Shown here: positions 1 through 10,163 of the stretch, piece after piece
Position numbering within the stretch: position 1 is the first letter of the stretch
Layout of the letters: each line of letters begins with the position of its first letter
DNA from: Actinomycetes bacterium
Lineage (GTDB): Bacteria; Actinomycetota; CALGFH01
Assembly (NCBI GenBank): GCA_036392615.1
Contig: DASVXQ010000414.1
Location: 204-64,203 of the forward strand
DNA: 64,000 bases
Direction: 5' to 3'
The notes under the pieces: generated by a model
Database searches by the model: none
The model's input: only the letters and a program-made list of their open reading frames with translations
Told to the model about the DNA's origin: nothing
Made by a program: the position numbers and the translations under genes

Positions 1-1085
1 CCGCCGGCGTTCAGCCTGTCGGCCGACGTCCAGGCCTGCGCGCCGGTCCTGGCGTCGAGGGCAAGGAGGGTGAAGTCGGCGGCGCTGGTGAAGACCTGGC
101 CGTAGGCCACGGCCACGCCACCGTCGCAGGCCACCACGCGCTGCCACAGCGGGCTGCCATCTTCCAGCCGCAAGGCGTGCAGGTGGCAGACGCCGTCCCC
201 GACGATGCCCTCGAAGGCCGTCTGCAGGTAGACGATGCCGCCCGAGACGGTGGGCACGGCGTTGCCGCACCGGTCACCGGTCAGGGCCGCGCTCCAAAGC
301 GGCGAGCCATCGGCGGCCGCCACCGCAGACAAGGTCGCGCCGCTGCAGAACAGGATGCGGCCCGTCGCGGCGGCCGGCTGGCCCGACCGCTCCGAGGTTG
401 GCACCGTCCACCTGATCTGCCCGGTGCGCGCGTCAACCGCACGCACCTCGTGCGTCAACGGCGGGATGACGTCCTCGTTGGCGCTGCTGACGTAGATGAC
501 CCCGTCGGCGGCGGTCGGAGCGCTGGTCTGCTCCCGGTCGCTGATCCTCCAGAGCTGGTTGCCGGTCGCCGGGTCCAGGGCCATGAGGTCCGAGCTGAAC
601 GACGACGGGCGGCAGCCGACCTGGCCGACGAGCAAGAGCCCGGCGTGCAGGGCCTGGCCCACCACACAGTCCGTGCGGACCTGCCACTTCGGTCTGCCGG
701 TCCTTGCATTGTAGGCGGCCAGAGCCCCAACGCCCGCGTCGTTGTTCGACTTGGGAACAAAGGCCGTGCCGTCGGCCACGATCGGGGTGCCCACATTGCC
801 CTCGAGGGTCTCGGAGGGGGTCGAGATGAGGCCGGGCTGCTCCCAGGCGACGTGCAGGTGGCCGACGTTGTTGGGGCTGATCTGTCGCTCGTCAGGGTTG
901 AAGCTGGTGTGCGCGGGGTCGTGCCTGCCCTGGGGCCAGTCGCCCTTGACGGCCGTGACGGTCCTGGCCGCCGTGGTGGCACTCGCGCTGACGGCAGGGA
1001 GCGCCGCCCGGGCTGCCGTGGTGGTGACAAGGGGCAGCACCAGGGCGGTCAGGGTCGCCAATACCCAGAGCCTGCGACGACGCAT
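1..1085 (-). CDS. Secreted PQQ-like (BamB/PQQ_2-type) beta-propeller repeat protein; 3' end runs off the left edge (partial)
   Basis: Absent from the ORF track because the frame stays open to position 1. My translation from ATG (complement of 1083-1085, preceded by GGAAGGAG) gives MRRRRLWVLATLTALVLPLVTTTAARAALPAVSA (signal peptide). Repeated blade motifs follow: ALDPATGNQLWR, AVDARTGQIRWT, AADGSPLWS, LEDGSPLWQ, ALDARTGAQAWT. Confidence 0.6.
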   Translation of the reverse strand, partial: MRRRRLWVLATLTALVLPLVTTTAARAALPAVSASATTAARTVTAVKGDWPQGRHDPAHTSFNPDERQISPNNVGHLHVAWEQPGLISTPSETLEGNVGTPIVADGTAFVPKSNNDAGVGALAAYNARTGRPKWQVRTDCVVGQALHAGLLLVGQVGCRPSSFSSDLMALDPATGNQLWRISDREQTSAPTAADGVIYVSSANEDVIPPLTHEVRAVDARTGQIRWTVPTSERSGQPAAATGRILFCSGATLSAVAAADGSPLWSAALTGDRCGNAVPTVSGGIVYLQTAFEGIVGDGVCHLHALRLEDGSPLWQRVVACDGGVAVAYGQVFTSAADFTLLALDARTGAQAWTSADRLNAG

Positions 1086-1627
1086 GGTGCGCTCCTTCCA
1101 GGGATCCGCGATGACGCTGGTCGCATTCCGGGCGGCGCCAGGCAACCACGCCACCTGGGCAGTCCTAGCAGTTCTCACCAAAAGTATCAATCGTTGTTTT
1201 TCATAGCAATCGATGCCTGACGCGCGGCGCGGCACCGAGCCCGGCGAGAATCGCGGCGGCGCCCTCGACGCCTTCCCTGCCCAGTCGTGGAAACCACCCG
1301 GCTGCCGGCGCGGTCGCCAGCTGGCCACCCGCCGGGCTTGATCGTGGAGAATGCTCGGCCCTGCCGTGGCCTCTTACCAACGGAAGGAATCATCCCGTTG
1401 GAGTGATGCATGAGGCGACTGGCGGTCCTTCACTGGGCACTGCCCGAGTCGACGGATCTGGGCAAGACAGCTACGGGCTGGGGCGGCCATGGACCTCGCC
1501 AAGTCCGGATGGACCAGTCTGAACGGCGTCGCCATGGCGTTGCTCGGGGACCGGGATCCGGAAGGCGCCCTGCCGCTCAGACCCTACATCGAGCGCCGGA
1601 TTGTGAAGCTCCTGCCGGCCGTAGGGG

Positions 1628-3001
1628 ATGGTGATGCAGATGGCCAGGGAACTCGAGTCCAGCGGGCAGGAGGACGTCGAGGTCGAGCGGCTGCGCGCCG
1701 AGGTCGCCAGTCTTCGTTCGCAGCTGAGCCAGAGGAGCCAGAACGGTGAGCCTCGCCCCGCAGAGGGCGGCCGGGGCACGCGGCAGTGGTGGCGCACGAG
1801 CCTGGCCATCCTGCTCATCGTGGTCGCCTGCGTGCTGGCGCCACTGTCGGTGGTGGCCGTGTGGACCAAGAACCAGGTGACCAACACCGACCGGTACGTC
1901 CGCACCATGGCGCCGCTGGCCAGCGACCCCGCCGTCCAGAACGCCCTGGCCAACCGGATCACCAACGCGATCTTTGCCAGCATCGACGTCACGGCCCTGA
2001 CCGACCAGGCCATCGACGTCCTGGCCAAGCAGGGGCTGCCCCCCGCCCGCGTCGCGCAGCTGCGAAGCCTGGAGCAGCCGGTCGCCAACGGCGTGCAGAG
2101 CTTCACCCATTCGCAGGTCAGCAAGATCGTGCAGAGCGCCGCGTTCGCCAACGCCTGGGTGCAGGTCAACCGCCAAGCGCACGCCGCGCTGGTCAAGGCG
2201 ATGACCGGCAAGGGCGGCGGGGCGGTCACGGTCCACAACGACACCGTGACGCTGGATCTTGGGCCGCTGATCCACACGGTCAAACAGCAGCTCACCGCCT
2301 CCGGGTTTGGTCTGGCCGCCAAGATCCCCGAGACGAACGCCTCCTTCGTGCTGTATGAGTCCCCCGCGATCACCAAGGCGCACAGCGGCTTCAACCTGCT
2401 CGACACCCTCGGAATCTGGCTGCCGGTCATCGTGCTCGCGCTGATCGCGCTAGGGGTCTACGTCGCCAAGGGCCACCGCCGCGCGCTCCTCGGCGCGTGC
2501 CTGGGCGTCGCCGCGGGGATGATCGTGCTGGCGCTTGGGCTGGCGATCTTCCGATCGGTCTACCTCAACGCGTTGCCCGCCAGCGTCTCGCATGCCGCCG
2601 CGGCGGTCCTGTACGACACGCTGGTGCGCTACCTGCGCCTGGGGTTGCGTGCGGTGCTGGTCCTGGCGCTGGTGATCGCCATCGCCGCGTTCCTCACCGG
2701 CCCGTCGGTCACGGCCGTGCGAACCCGCGACGGCCTGGCACGCGGGCTGGGTTGGCTGCGCGGTCGCGGCGAATCGGTGGGGTTGCGGACCGGCCCGGTT
2801 GGCGGCTGGGTCTACGCGCACAAGCAGCTGCTGCGCATCGGCGCCGTCGCGGTGGCCGGGCTGGCGCTGGTGTTCTGGGGCCAGCCCACCGGCAAGGTCA
2901 TCATCGTGCTCGCCGCGCTGCTCCTGATCGTGCTCGCACTCATCGAATTCCTCGGACGGCCACCCGAGGCGAGCCCCAGCGCCCCACCACCCCCGGCATG
3001 A
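1628..3001 (+). CDS. Integral membrane protein of unknown function (charged/coiled N-terminus, one early TM helix, large soluble region, C-terminal multi-TM block)
   Basis: 457-aa ORF. It has an N-terminal ELESSGQEDVEVERLRAEVASLRSQL segment, then hydrophobic helices (SLAILLIVVACVLAPLSVVAV; LGIWLPVIVLALIALGVYV; LGACLGVAAGMIVLALGLAIF; AVLVLALVIAIAAFL; VIIVLAALLLIVLALIEFL). Confidence 0.55.
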   Translation: MVMQMARELESSGQEDVEVERLRAEVASLRSQLSQRSQNGEPRPAEGGRGTRQWWRTSLAILLIVVACVLAPLSVVAVWTKNQVTNTDRYVRTMAPLASDPAVQNALANRITNAIFASIDVTALTDQAIDVLAKQGLPPARVAQLRSLEQPVANGVQSFTHSQVSKIVQSAAFANAWVQVNRQAHAALVKAMTGKGGGAVTVHNDTVTLDLGPLIHTVKQQLTASGFGLAAKIPETNASFVLYESPAITKAHSGFNLLDTLGIWLPVIVLALIALGVYVAKGHRRALLGACLGVAAGMIVLALGLAIFRSVYLNALPASVSHAAAAVLYDTLVRYLRLGLRAVLVLALVIAIAAFLTGPSVTAVRTRDGLARGLGWLRGRGESVGLRTGPVGGWVYAHKQLLRIGAVAVAGLALVFWGQPTGKVIIVLAALLLIVLALIEFLGRPPEASPSAPPPPA

Positions 3002-3333
3002 CAGGTCGGAGGCCCACCCGGGCGCTGCCCGATCTGCGAGCGAATCCAGACGTTCAAACTCCACGCTATTCATCCGCTGAGATGATGTGGACCCGCGTGA
3101 TGTCGAGTTCCTCGGGACGGCGCTGCTCGAGCTGGTCGCCTCCCAGCGCCAGGGGCGGTCCGGCCTCGACAAGCGCGATACGTACGCTGCCTCGCCATTG
3201 CCACGGCGACATTTCGGCCGCCTGAGTTGAGATTGCATGAATCTCAGGTGCGACCTGTGAAGGCCAGGTCCAGCCTGGGAGAATCCGCGACGGCTCCGAC
3301 GGCCGCGCCGCGGGTCAACAGGTAGCGGGGCGC

Positions 3334-4236
3334 TCAGACGGCCGGGCGGAGTACCTGCAGGGCCCGAGCGGTGACCCGCTCGACGTCACCGGGCTGCAGC
3401 AGCGACCCGTGCCGGACGGTCTCGGCGAGCCGCCGGTGGGGCACCACCTGGACGCTGCCCACTGTGCGCCCCTCGGGCAGCGTGCCGCCGTGGACGCACA
3501 GCAGGGGCCGGACGGGGATCGAGGAGCCGTCCGCGAAGATGTCGGCGATGGCTGCCGCCTCCCAGCGCAGCTCGGGCAGCGGGCCGGCGGTGGTGCCGCG
3601 TCCAGGCCATGGCGACCTCCCCTTGGCCCCGGGCAGCGATGGCAGTCGGACGCGCTGCCAGGACTGGATGACCCAGACCCCGGTTGGGCCGACCACCAGG
3701 TGGTCGAGGCTGGCCGACCATCCAGGCAGGGTGACGTCGTGCAGTACCAGGTGGCCTTCCCGCTCCAGTGGCCGTAACGCCTCGGCCGTGCGGCGCTGCG
3801 TCGCGGCTTGGCGGCGCCACACGCTGGCGCTCGCGGACGGGCGGAAGCGTAGCCGCCCACCGGTCACCAGCCCTGCCACCAGGGCCATGGTCCACCCCAG
3901 CCAACCACCGACCGTCAGGCCGATCAGCAGGCCACCGCCGATGGTCGCGGCAGCCAGCGTCCCCACGCGCCACCACCAGCCTCGGCACCAGGCCTCCAGC
4001 TCCTCCTCACGGTGGCGCAGGTAGGCGGCTCGCGCGGATGCACCAGGTTGACTGTCGCGTGGGTCGAGGGCTGACCGCTCCCGTACGACCTTTCCGGTGG
4101 ATGCGGTCCAGATCTCCTCCGCCAGCTCGCGCACCCGCTCGGAGTCCAGCCGCCGGACCGCCAGGCCCGCGCAGCTTCCGTCAGGCCGTGCGCGGCAGCA
4201 AGCGTGGTTGTGATCTTCGTGGCGCCTGCCAGCCAT
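3334..4236 (-). CDS. NERD-domain protein with two central TM helices
   Basis: EREGHLVLHDVTLPGWSASLDHLVVGPTGVWVIQSWQ matches the NERD core (hD....iDHlvigp.Gv.vie.K). It is preceded by TM helices VGTLAAATIGGGLLIGLTVGGWLGWTMALVAGLV. Confidence 0.6.
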   Translation of the reverse strand: MAGRRHEDHNHACCRARPDGSCAGLAVRRLDSERVRELAEEIWTASTGKVVRERSALDPRDSQPGASARAAYLRHREEELEAWCRGWWWRVGTLAAATIGGGLLIGLTVGGWLGWTMALVAGLVTGGRLRFRPSASASVWRRQAATQRRTAEALRPLEREGHLVLHDVTLPGWSASLDHLVVGPTGVWVIQSWQRVRLPSLPGAKGRSPWPGRGTTAGPLPELRWEAAAIADIFADGSSIPVRPLLCVHGGTLPEGRTVGSVQVVPHRRLAETVRHGSLLQPGDVERVTARALQVLRPAV

Positions 4237-4490
4237 CCTGCCCCTCCCGCATCGTCGTCGCAGCCCGTTCAGGCGGTCACGTCGTGCACATCACGGCGGG
4301 CAGCGCCAGACCATGAACACCTCCAAGGACAATGACCAGCGCGAGGTGCCCACGCCGACCCGCAGCCCGCCAAGGATGCACGCTGGTGCCACCATCCCAA
4401 GGGCCCGAGTGGCAGTCATCGCCCGGTGAGGATGAGATGTCGGCGAGTGACGCCGCCGGGCCCGGCGTGACCCGCGCCCGCCGTGGAACG

Positions 4491-4925
4491 TCAGGATGAG
4501 CGGCTCCGACGCCGAGCGCTGCTGGTCCTGACCGCCTGCCTGGAAGCGCGCCCGGCTTCTTTGGACGACCCGGCGCGCGGACGAGGGGTCCTGGCTGCTC
4601 TGGCCTCGCTTCGACTGGACACTGGGACTCTCCTCAGCGTCCTGCCGCGGGCGCCGCCCGCCGAGGGTCGCCTGGCGACCCTGGAGGCCGCGCCAGCGCC
4701 CGAAGCCATCGTTGCCACGCCACCCCGCACGGCGCCCGCGCCAAGTGACGCCCCCGCGCTGGCCGCCCTGCCGCCCAGCCTGGCGCCGGTGCCGAGCGCC
4801 GATCCAGCCGACCGCGCGACACTCCCAGCAGGCTGCTTGACCGCGTCGGGTACCTTCTCCTGCCAGACACGTATCGCGTAGCCGGCGATCGCGCCGACCA
4901 GCCCGGCGACGACCCACTCCTCCAT
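4491..4925 (-). CDS. Small hypothetical protein (N-terminal hydrophobic helix, Ala/Gly/Arg-rich tail)
   Basis: Internal ATG (complement of 4923-4925) is preceded by GAGGAGG. The product starts MEEWVVAGLVGAIAGYAIRVW. The composition of the remainder is low-complexity, so coding status is uncertain. Confidence 0.35.
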   Translation of the reverse strand: MEEWVVAGLVGAIAGYAIRVWQEKVPDAVKQPAGSVARSAGSALGTGARLGGRAASAGASLGAGAVRGGVATMASGAGAASRVARRPSAGGARGRTLRRVPVSSRSEARAARTPRPRAGSSKEAGRASRQAVRTSSARRRSRSS

Positions 4926-5197
4926 CGGGCACCTCCTCGAGCCGCGCCCGTACGAAGCCAACTCGACGGGCAACGATCCCACCACACCCCGCCTTCGCCG
5001 CTCGGGCATCACCCCGATCGGACGAAACCGCTCCGCCAGAGGCGCTTCATCCCATCGGCGCGATGCGTGAGGCGAGCGTCTGTGGGGATCCCTGGGGGCC
5101 GCGTACGGCAGCGTGGCCGCCGAGGCGGGCAGCCAGGTCACCCCTTCTGGATGATGACCGGGCCGCGCGGCGCCCCGAGACTGGCTGCTCGGAGGTG

Positions 5198-6541
5198 ATG
5201 AGTGAGATGGCCACTGGCGAGCGGCGGACACCAGGGCACGCGAGCGTTGCCGAGCGGTGGCTCGCGCGCCTGAGCCTGGCGGCCGTTGCCGCGGCGGTGC
5301 TGGTGATGCTGGGCGTGGCCGGCGCCAAGAGCCTGGTCCTGGTCGCGGCGGCGGTGGGCGCGCTGATCTTGATCGCGGCCGGCGGGTGGTGGGCGCTGAC
5401 CCATCGGGGCGTGCTGCGATGGTTGGCGGTCGCGCTCGTGGTACTCGTGCCGGCCGTTCTGCTCAGCCTCTACGTCCTCGCCCAGCTGACCTGGCTGGTG
5501 CTGCTCACGCTCGGGCTGTGCGCGGTGGCGGTCGTCGCCGGGCGGGCCGCCTTGAGCCGGGACGTCACCCCCAAGCGGATGCCGGAATACGAAGCCACGC
5601 CGCCGAAGCGGCCCTTCCTGATCATGAATCCCCGGTCCGGTGGCGGCAAAGTGGCGAAATTCGGCCTGGTCGACAAGGCCAAGGCGCTCGGCGCGGACGT
5701 GGCCCTCCTGGAGGGACCGAGGACGGTCGACGTGGCCGAGCTCGCGCGCAAGGCGGTGGCCGATGGCGCCGACCTGCTCGGCGTGGCCGGCGGCGACGGA
5801 ACGCAGGCACTGGTGGCAGGTGTCGCCGCCGAGCACGACCTGCCGCTGCTGGTGATCTCCGCGGGCACCCGCAACCACTTCGCCCTGGACCTCGGACTCG
5901 ACCGTGAAGACCCGTCGCGCTGCCTGGACGCGCTGACCGACGGCGTCGAGCTGCACGTCGACCTCGGCCTGATCAGTGGGCGTCCGTTCGTCAATAACGC
6001 CTCGTTCGGCGCCTACGCCACCGTGGTGCAAAGTCCCGCCTACCGCGCCGACAAGGCCCACACCACCTTGGACATGCTCCCTGACCTGATTGCCGGTCAT
6101 CGTGGACCCCGCCTGCAGGCGCGCACGGCGGACACGAGCATCCAAGGCCCGCAGGCGGTACTGGTCAGCAACAACACCTATGGCATGGGCGACGTCGCCG
6201 GTCTCGGCCGCAGGGCACGGCTCGACGGGGGGGTGCTCGGCGTCGTCGCCATCAAGGTTGGCAGCGCCATGCAGGCCGCCGGCCTGCTGCGAGGCCGGCA
6301 CGCCCAGGGCCTCACCATCCTCTCCGCCAGCGAGGTCCTCATCGACGCTGACCAGCCTGACATCCCAGTCGGGGTCGACGGCGAGGCGCTGTCGCTGCCA
6401 ACGCCGGTGCACTGCACCATACGGCGCGACGCCCTGCGGATCAGGGTCCCTCGCCATCGTCCGGGCGTTCCCCCGCCCAAGCCGCAGATGGACTGGCGGC
6501 GGCTGCGCAAGATGGCCCTGACCGTCGCCTGGGGCCGCTGA
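5198..6541 (+). CDS. Diacylglycerol-kinase-family lipid kinase (DAGK catalytic domain) with N-terminal multi-TM anchor
   Basis: PFLIMNPRSGGGK ... LLGVAGGDGTQALVAGVAAEHDLPLLVISAGTRNHFALDLG is the classical DAGK_cat GGDGT signature. Three or four TM helices lie upstream. Start chosen at the ATG after GGAGG; the ORF-track start 5063 is probably too early. Confidence 0.75.
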   Translation: MSEMATGERRTPGHASVAERWLARLSLAAVAAAVLVMLGVAGAKSLVLVAAAVGALILIAAGGWWALTHRGVLRWLAVALVVLVPAVLLSLYVLAQLTWLVLLTLGLCAVAVVAGRAALSRDVTPKRMPEYEATPPKRPFLIMNPRSGGGKVAKFGLVDKAKALGADVALLEGPRTVDVAELARKAVADGADLLGVAGGDGTQALVAGVAAEHDLPLLVISAGTRNHFALDLGLDREDPSRCLDALTDGVELHVDLGLISGRPFVNNASFGAYATVVQSPAYRADKAHTTLDMLPDLIAGHRGPRLQARTADTSIQGPQAVLVSNNTYGMGDVAGLGRRARLDGGVLGVVAIKVGSAMQAAGLLRGRHAQGLTILSASEVLIDADQPDIPVGVDGEALSLPTPVHCTIRRDALRIRVPRHRPGVPPPKPQMDWRRLRKMALTVAWGR

Positions 6542-6637
6542 TTCGCGGCCGCGCGGCAAGCGCGGTTGCCACCCATCTGGAATGCGGCCTGCATTGAAGA
6601 GGTGCAGGCGTGGCGTTAGGCTCGTGCGCGGTGACGA

Positions 6638-9388
6638 TTGTATGGGGGGTCTTCCACCAGGACCCGGGACCATCGTTCCTGGTCAGGGCTATCATTCGCG
6701 TTGCTGGAGGCGAAGCTCCGGCCACCTCCGGCGCGCCCCGGCATCGTGCGCCGGACCGCGCTGGTCCGCCGGCTGCTGGACGCGCGCGCCGTGCCGGTGA
6801 TCTCGGTCGTCGCCCCGCCCGGCTATGGCAAGACGACCGTGTTGTCCCAATATGCCGAGGCGACCGGACGGCCGCTGGCGTGGATCTCCGTGGACCAGCA
6901 CGACAACGACCCGGTGGTCCTGCTGACCAACATCGCCCTGGCGCTTGACCGGGTTGAGCCGATCAACCCCGAGATCTTTCACTCCCTCGCCTCGCCAGCT
7001 GCCTCGGTGGTCGCCAGCGTCCTACCCCGGCTGGGGTCGGCCCTCTCCTCGATGGGCCAGCCGATCACTCTCGTGCTCGATCACGTGGAGCAGCTGGAGG
7101 ACCCGCTCTGCCGGGACGTGGTCGCGGAGCTGTCGCTGCGCCTCCCGGACGGCTCGCAGCTGGCGGTGGCCGCCCGCGACACCCCGCCGATCCCGGCTGC
7201 GCTCCTGCGGGACCACGGTCACCTTCTGGAGATCGGCGTCGGCGACCTCGCGATGGATGAGTGGGAGGCGCGGGCCCTGCTGGAGGGCGCCGGCGTCGAA
7301 CTAGAGGCGGCGGACACGACCGACCTCACCCGGCGGACGGAGGGCTGGCCGGTCGGTCTGTACCTGGCCGCGCTGGCCCTGCGGGCCGGCAACCCGCCGG
7401 CGAGCGCCGGCGCGGCGTTCACCGGGGACGACCGGCTCCTGGCCGACTATCTGCGGTCCGAGCTGCTGGACCGCCTCTCACCGGGCAGGGTGTCGTTCCT
7501 GACGCGGACCTCGGTGCTCGACCGGCTGTCCGGGCCGTTGTGCGACCACCTCCTGCGCGGCGGTGACTCGGGCACCGTGCTCACGTCGCTGGAGCACTCG
7601 AACCTCTTGGTGATCGCGCTCGACCAGGACCAGGAGTGGTACCGCTACCACCACCTGTTCCGCGATCTACTTCGGTCGGAGCTGGAGCGCCGCGAGCCCG
7701 ACCTGGTGCCGGAGCTCCACGCCCGCGCGGCCGGGTGGCTCGAGGCCAACGGCCTGCCCGCGCTGGCCATCGACCACGCCCAGGCCGCGGGCGACGCCGA
7801 TCGGGTCGCCCGCCTGGTCGGCGGGCTGGCGCTGCCCGCCTACGCCGGCGGTCATGTCGAGACGGTCGAGCGCTGGTTCGACTGGTTCGAGCGGCAGGGC
7901 CTCCCCGGACGGTACCCGCCGATCGCCGTGCTCGGAACCCTGGTCAAGGCACTGGGCGGCAACGCCGCCGGCGCGGAGCGCTGGGCCGACGCGGCGGAGC
8001 GCTCGCCGTCCGAGGGGACGCTACCCGACGGCAGCTCGATGGAGAGCTGGCTGGCGCTGCTGCGGGGGCTGCTGTGCCGCGACGGCGTGGAGCGGATGCG
8101 GCGCGACGCCAAGCTTGCCCTGGCCGGGCTCCGTCCGCAGAGCCAGCTGCGAGCGACGGCGCTGCTGCTGCAGGGACTCTCGTACATCCTCGGGGGCGAC
8201 GCGCAACGGGCCGACCCGATCCTGGTGCGCCCCCTCGACGCGGCGATGGGCAGCGGCGCGATGCCCGCCGCGACGGTGATCCTGGCGGAGCGCTCGATTG
8301 TGGCGATGGACCGGCAGGCCGTCGGCGAGGCTGACGCGCTCGCCGAGCGCGCGCTCGACATCGTGCGGCGCGGCCACCTGGAGGACTACAGCCCGAGCGC
8401 GCTGGCCTACGCGGTGGCGGCCCGCGCGGCCCTGCGCCGGGGCGAGGCGGCCGGGGCCCGCGAGCACCTGGCTCGGGCGGCCCACCTGCGCCCCCAGCTC
8501 AGCAGCGCGATCCCGACGCTGGCGGTCCAGACGCTGCTCGAGTTGGCGCGTGCCTCCCTGGGGCTCGGCGACGCCGCGGGCGCCAGGGTGGTCATGCGGG
8601 AGGCGGCGGACGTCCTCCAGCAGCGACCCGACCTCGGCGCCCTTCCCAAGCAGGCGGCCGAGCTGTGGATGGAGCTGGACGCAATCCGCGGCGGGACCGT
8701 GGGCGCCTCCGCGCTGACAGCAGCCGAGCTGCGACTGCTTCCGCTGCTGGCCACCCACCTGTCGTTCCGCGAGATCGGCGAGCGGCTGTACGTGTCGCGG
8801 CACACGGTGAAGACGCAGGCGATCTCGATCTACCACAAGCTCGGCGTGTCCTCCCGTGGTGAGGCGATCCAACGCGCCCGCGAGGGCGGCCTGCTGGTGC
8901 ATAGCGCGGCCCGCGGCGCATCGCCCTTTCATACGCATCGGACGATGCCGCCACCCCGGTGGCGGTGTTCGCCTGGAGACAAGCACGTGACCGCCAGCTC
9001 GGGTGCCTGGACGGTCCAGGAGGAGATGCACGTGCCGGTACACGAAGAGAACCTACGGCGGCTGGCCCTGCACGACGAGGACTGGATCTCGTCGATGCTC
9101 GCCATGGACGTCAAGAACGTCGCGGTCTCCGGCCTGGACGCGAGGACGCACGCGCTGGTCCGCCTGGCGGCGTTGATGGCGCTCGGGGCGTGCCCGGTCT
9201 CCTACCAGTCGAACATCGAGGCGGCGCTGGCCGCGGGCGCGACCGCCGATGACGTGGTAGGGGCGCTGATCGCGGTCGCGCCGATCATCGGGCTCCCACG
9301 GGTGATCTCGTCCGTCCCCAGGATCGCTCCGGCGATCGGCTACGACCTGGACGCGGCGCTGGAGGCGTTCGACGGGGATCCCTACTGA
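6638..9388 (+). CDS. MalT-like LuxR-family regulator (P-loop NTPase + helical repeats + C-terminal LuxR HTH) whose reading frame continues without a stop into a CMD/AhpD-like module
   Basis: Walker A VVAPPGYGKTTV (about 6810-6840). LuxR HTH LTAAELRLLPLLATHLSFREIGERLYVSRHTVKTQAISIYHKLGVSSRGEAIQRA (about 8710-8880). The paralog at 10164 ends ...GLLLG-stop, whereas here ...GGLLVHSAARG... reads on for about 45 codons into the next domain. Confidence 0.7.
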   Translation: MYGGSSTRTRDHRSWSGLSFALLEAKLRPPPARPGIVRRTALVRRLLDARAVPVISVVAPPGYGKTTVLSQYAEATGRPLAWISVDQHDNDPVVLLTNIALALDRVEPINPEIFHSLASPAASVVASVLPRLGSALSSMGQPITLVLDHVEQLEDPLCRDVVAELSLRLPDGSQLAVAARDTPPIPAALLRDHGHLLEIGVGDLAMDEWEARALLEGAGVELEAADTTDLTRRTEGWPVGLYLAALALRAGNPPASAGAAFTGDDRLLADYLRSELLDRLSPGRVSFLTRTSVLDRLSGPLCDHLLRGGDSGTVLTSLEHSNLLVIALDQDQEWYRYHHLFRDLLRSELERREPDLVPELHARAAGWLEANGLPALAIDHAQAAGDADRVARLVGGLALPAYAGGHVETVERWFDWFERQGLPGRYPPIAVLGTLVKALGGNAAGAERWADAAERSPSEGTLPDGSSMESWLALLRGLLCRDGVERMRRDAKLALAGLRPQSQLRATALLLQGLSYILGGDAQRADPILVRPLDAAMGSGAMPAATVILAERSIVAMDRQAVGEADALAERALDIVRRGHLEDYSPSALAYAVAARAALRRGEAAGAREHLARAAHLRPQLSSAIPTLAVQTLLELARASLGLGDAAGARVVMREAADVLQQRPDLGALPKQAAELWMELDAIRGGTVGASALTAAELRLLPLLATHLSFREIGERLYVSRHTVKTQAISIYHKLGVSSRGEAIQRAREGGLLVHSAARGASPFHTHRTMPPPRWRCSPGDKHVTASSGAWTVQEEMHVPVHEENLRRLALHDEDWISSMLAMDVKNVAVSGLDARTHALVRLAALMALGACPVSYQSNIEAALAAGATADDVVGALIAVAPIIGLPRVISSVPRIAPAIGYDLDAALEAFDGDPY
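9026..9388 (+). CDS. Carboxymuconolactone decarboxylase (CMD/AhpD-like) family module; possibly an independent gene initiating internally
   Basis: ARTHALVRLAALMALGACPVSYQSNIEAALAAGATADDVVGALIAVAPIIGLPRV is typical of the CMD family. AGGAGGAG sits directly upstream of the in-frame ATG 9026 and GTG 9032. Confidence 0.55.
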   Translation: MHVPVHEENLRRLALHDEDWISSMLAMDVKNVAVSGLDARTHALVRLAALMALGACPVSYQSNIEAALAAGATADDVVGALIAVAPIIGLPRVISSVPRIAPAIGYDLDAALEAFDGDPY

Positions 9389-9415
9389 TGACCCGGGAGC
9401 CGCTGGCGACGAGGC

Positions 9416-10123
9416 CTATTCCCGCCAGCTTCGTGGCACCCAGGCGCTCACGACCTTCGCGACCGCGGTGACGAGGAACAACTGGCCCACGAGCGCCTCG
9501 AGCACGGCGAAGCTCTGGCCCGGGTTGCCGGCCGGGACAAGGTTGCCGTAGCCCGTGGTGGTGAGCGTGATGAAGCTGAAGAACAGGTCCTGCGCGAGGG
9601 TGCCGTCGCCGTTGGCGCCGAAGAACGGCGCCATCTGGACGACGCCCAGCAGCCGGTACGCGAACGCGAACGCCATGCCGATGAACAGGTAGGCGGCCAG
9701 GGCCCCGAGCAGGGTTTCCCGGTCCACCGTTCGGCGGTAGCCGATGTGACGGACGATCGAGGCGGGGGCCACGAAGTACAACGCGGCGGCCGCCGTGAAC
9801 GCGAAGGCCAGGAACCACCCGTCCCCCCGGGCGACGAGATTGGTCACCGCGGCGATGCCGGCCAGGATGAACAGCACGGTAACGGCCACTCTGAGCTCCC
9901 GCCGCGTCATCGAGATGCGCAGCGCCAGCCAGACGGTGGCCATCTGGACGATCAGCAGGATCGACGTGCCAATCCTTCCCGTCGAGGACGCCGCCAGGAC
10001 GTAGGTCGCCAGGATCATCAGCAGCGCCGGCCCGTAGCTGCTGGACGACCAGAACGAGCGCACCAGGCGGCGCGGGTCCCGGCCGGCCCGCTGCCTGTTT
10101 CGTGACGACTGTTTCACCCTCAT
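9416..10123 (-). CDS. Potassium-channel-type ion transport protein (multi-TM, P-loop with TTTGYGN)
   Basis: Selectivity-filter-like FITLTTTGYGNLVPAG (complement of about 9541-9565). Start set at the internal ATG (complement of 10121-10123, AAAGGAA upstream), because the long ORF-track version overlaps the upstream LuxR gene. Confidence 0.7.
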   Translation of the reverse strand: MRVKQSSRNRQRAGRDPRRLVRSFWSSSSYGPALLMILATYVLAASSTGRIGTSILLIVQMATVWLALRISMTRRELRVAVTVLFILAGIAAVTNLVARGDGWFLAFAFTAAAALYFVAPASIVRHIGYRRTVDRETLLGALAAYLFIGMAFAFAYRLLGVVQMAPFFGANGDGTLAQDLFFSFITLTTTGYGNLVPAGNPGQSFAVLEALVGQLFLVTAVAKVVSAWVPRSWRE

Positions 10124-10163
10124 TTCCTTTGGCACGCGGCGACTGCCAGCAGGTCGCGGCCCG

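Noticed and set aside
177-1220. 347-aa plus-strand ORF at the left edge.
   Set aside because: It is antisense to the edge-open minus-strand frame, which encodes a signal peptide and PQQ-like propeller repeats. It has off-frame composition.
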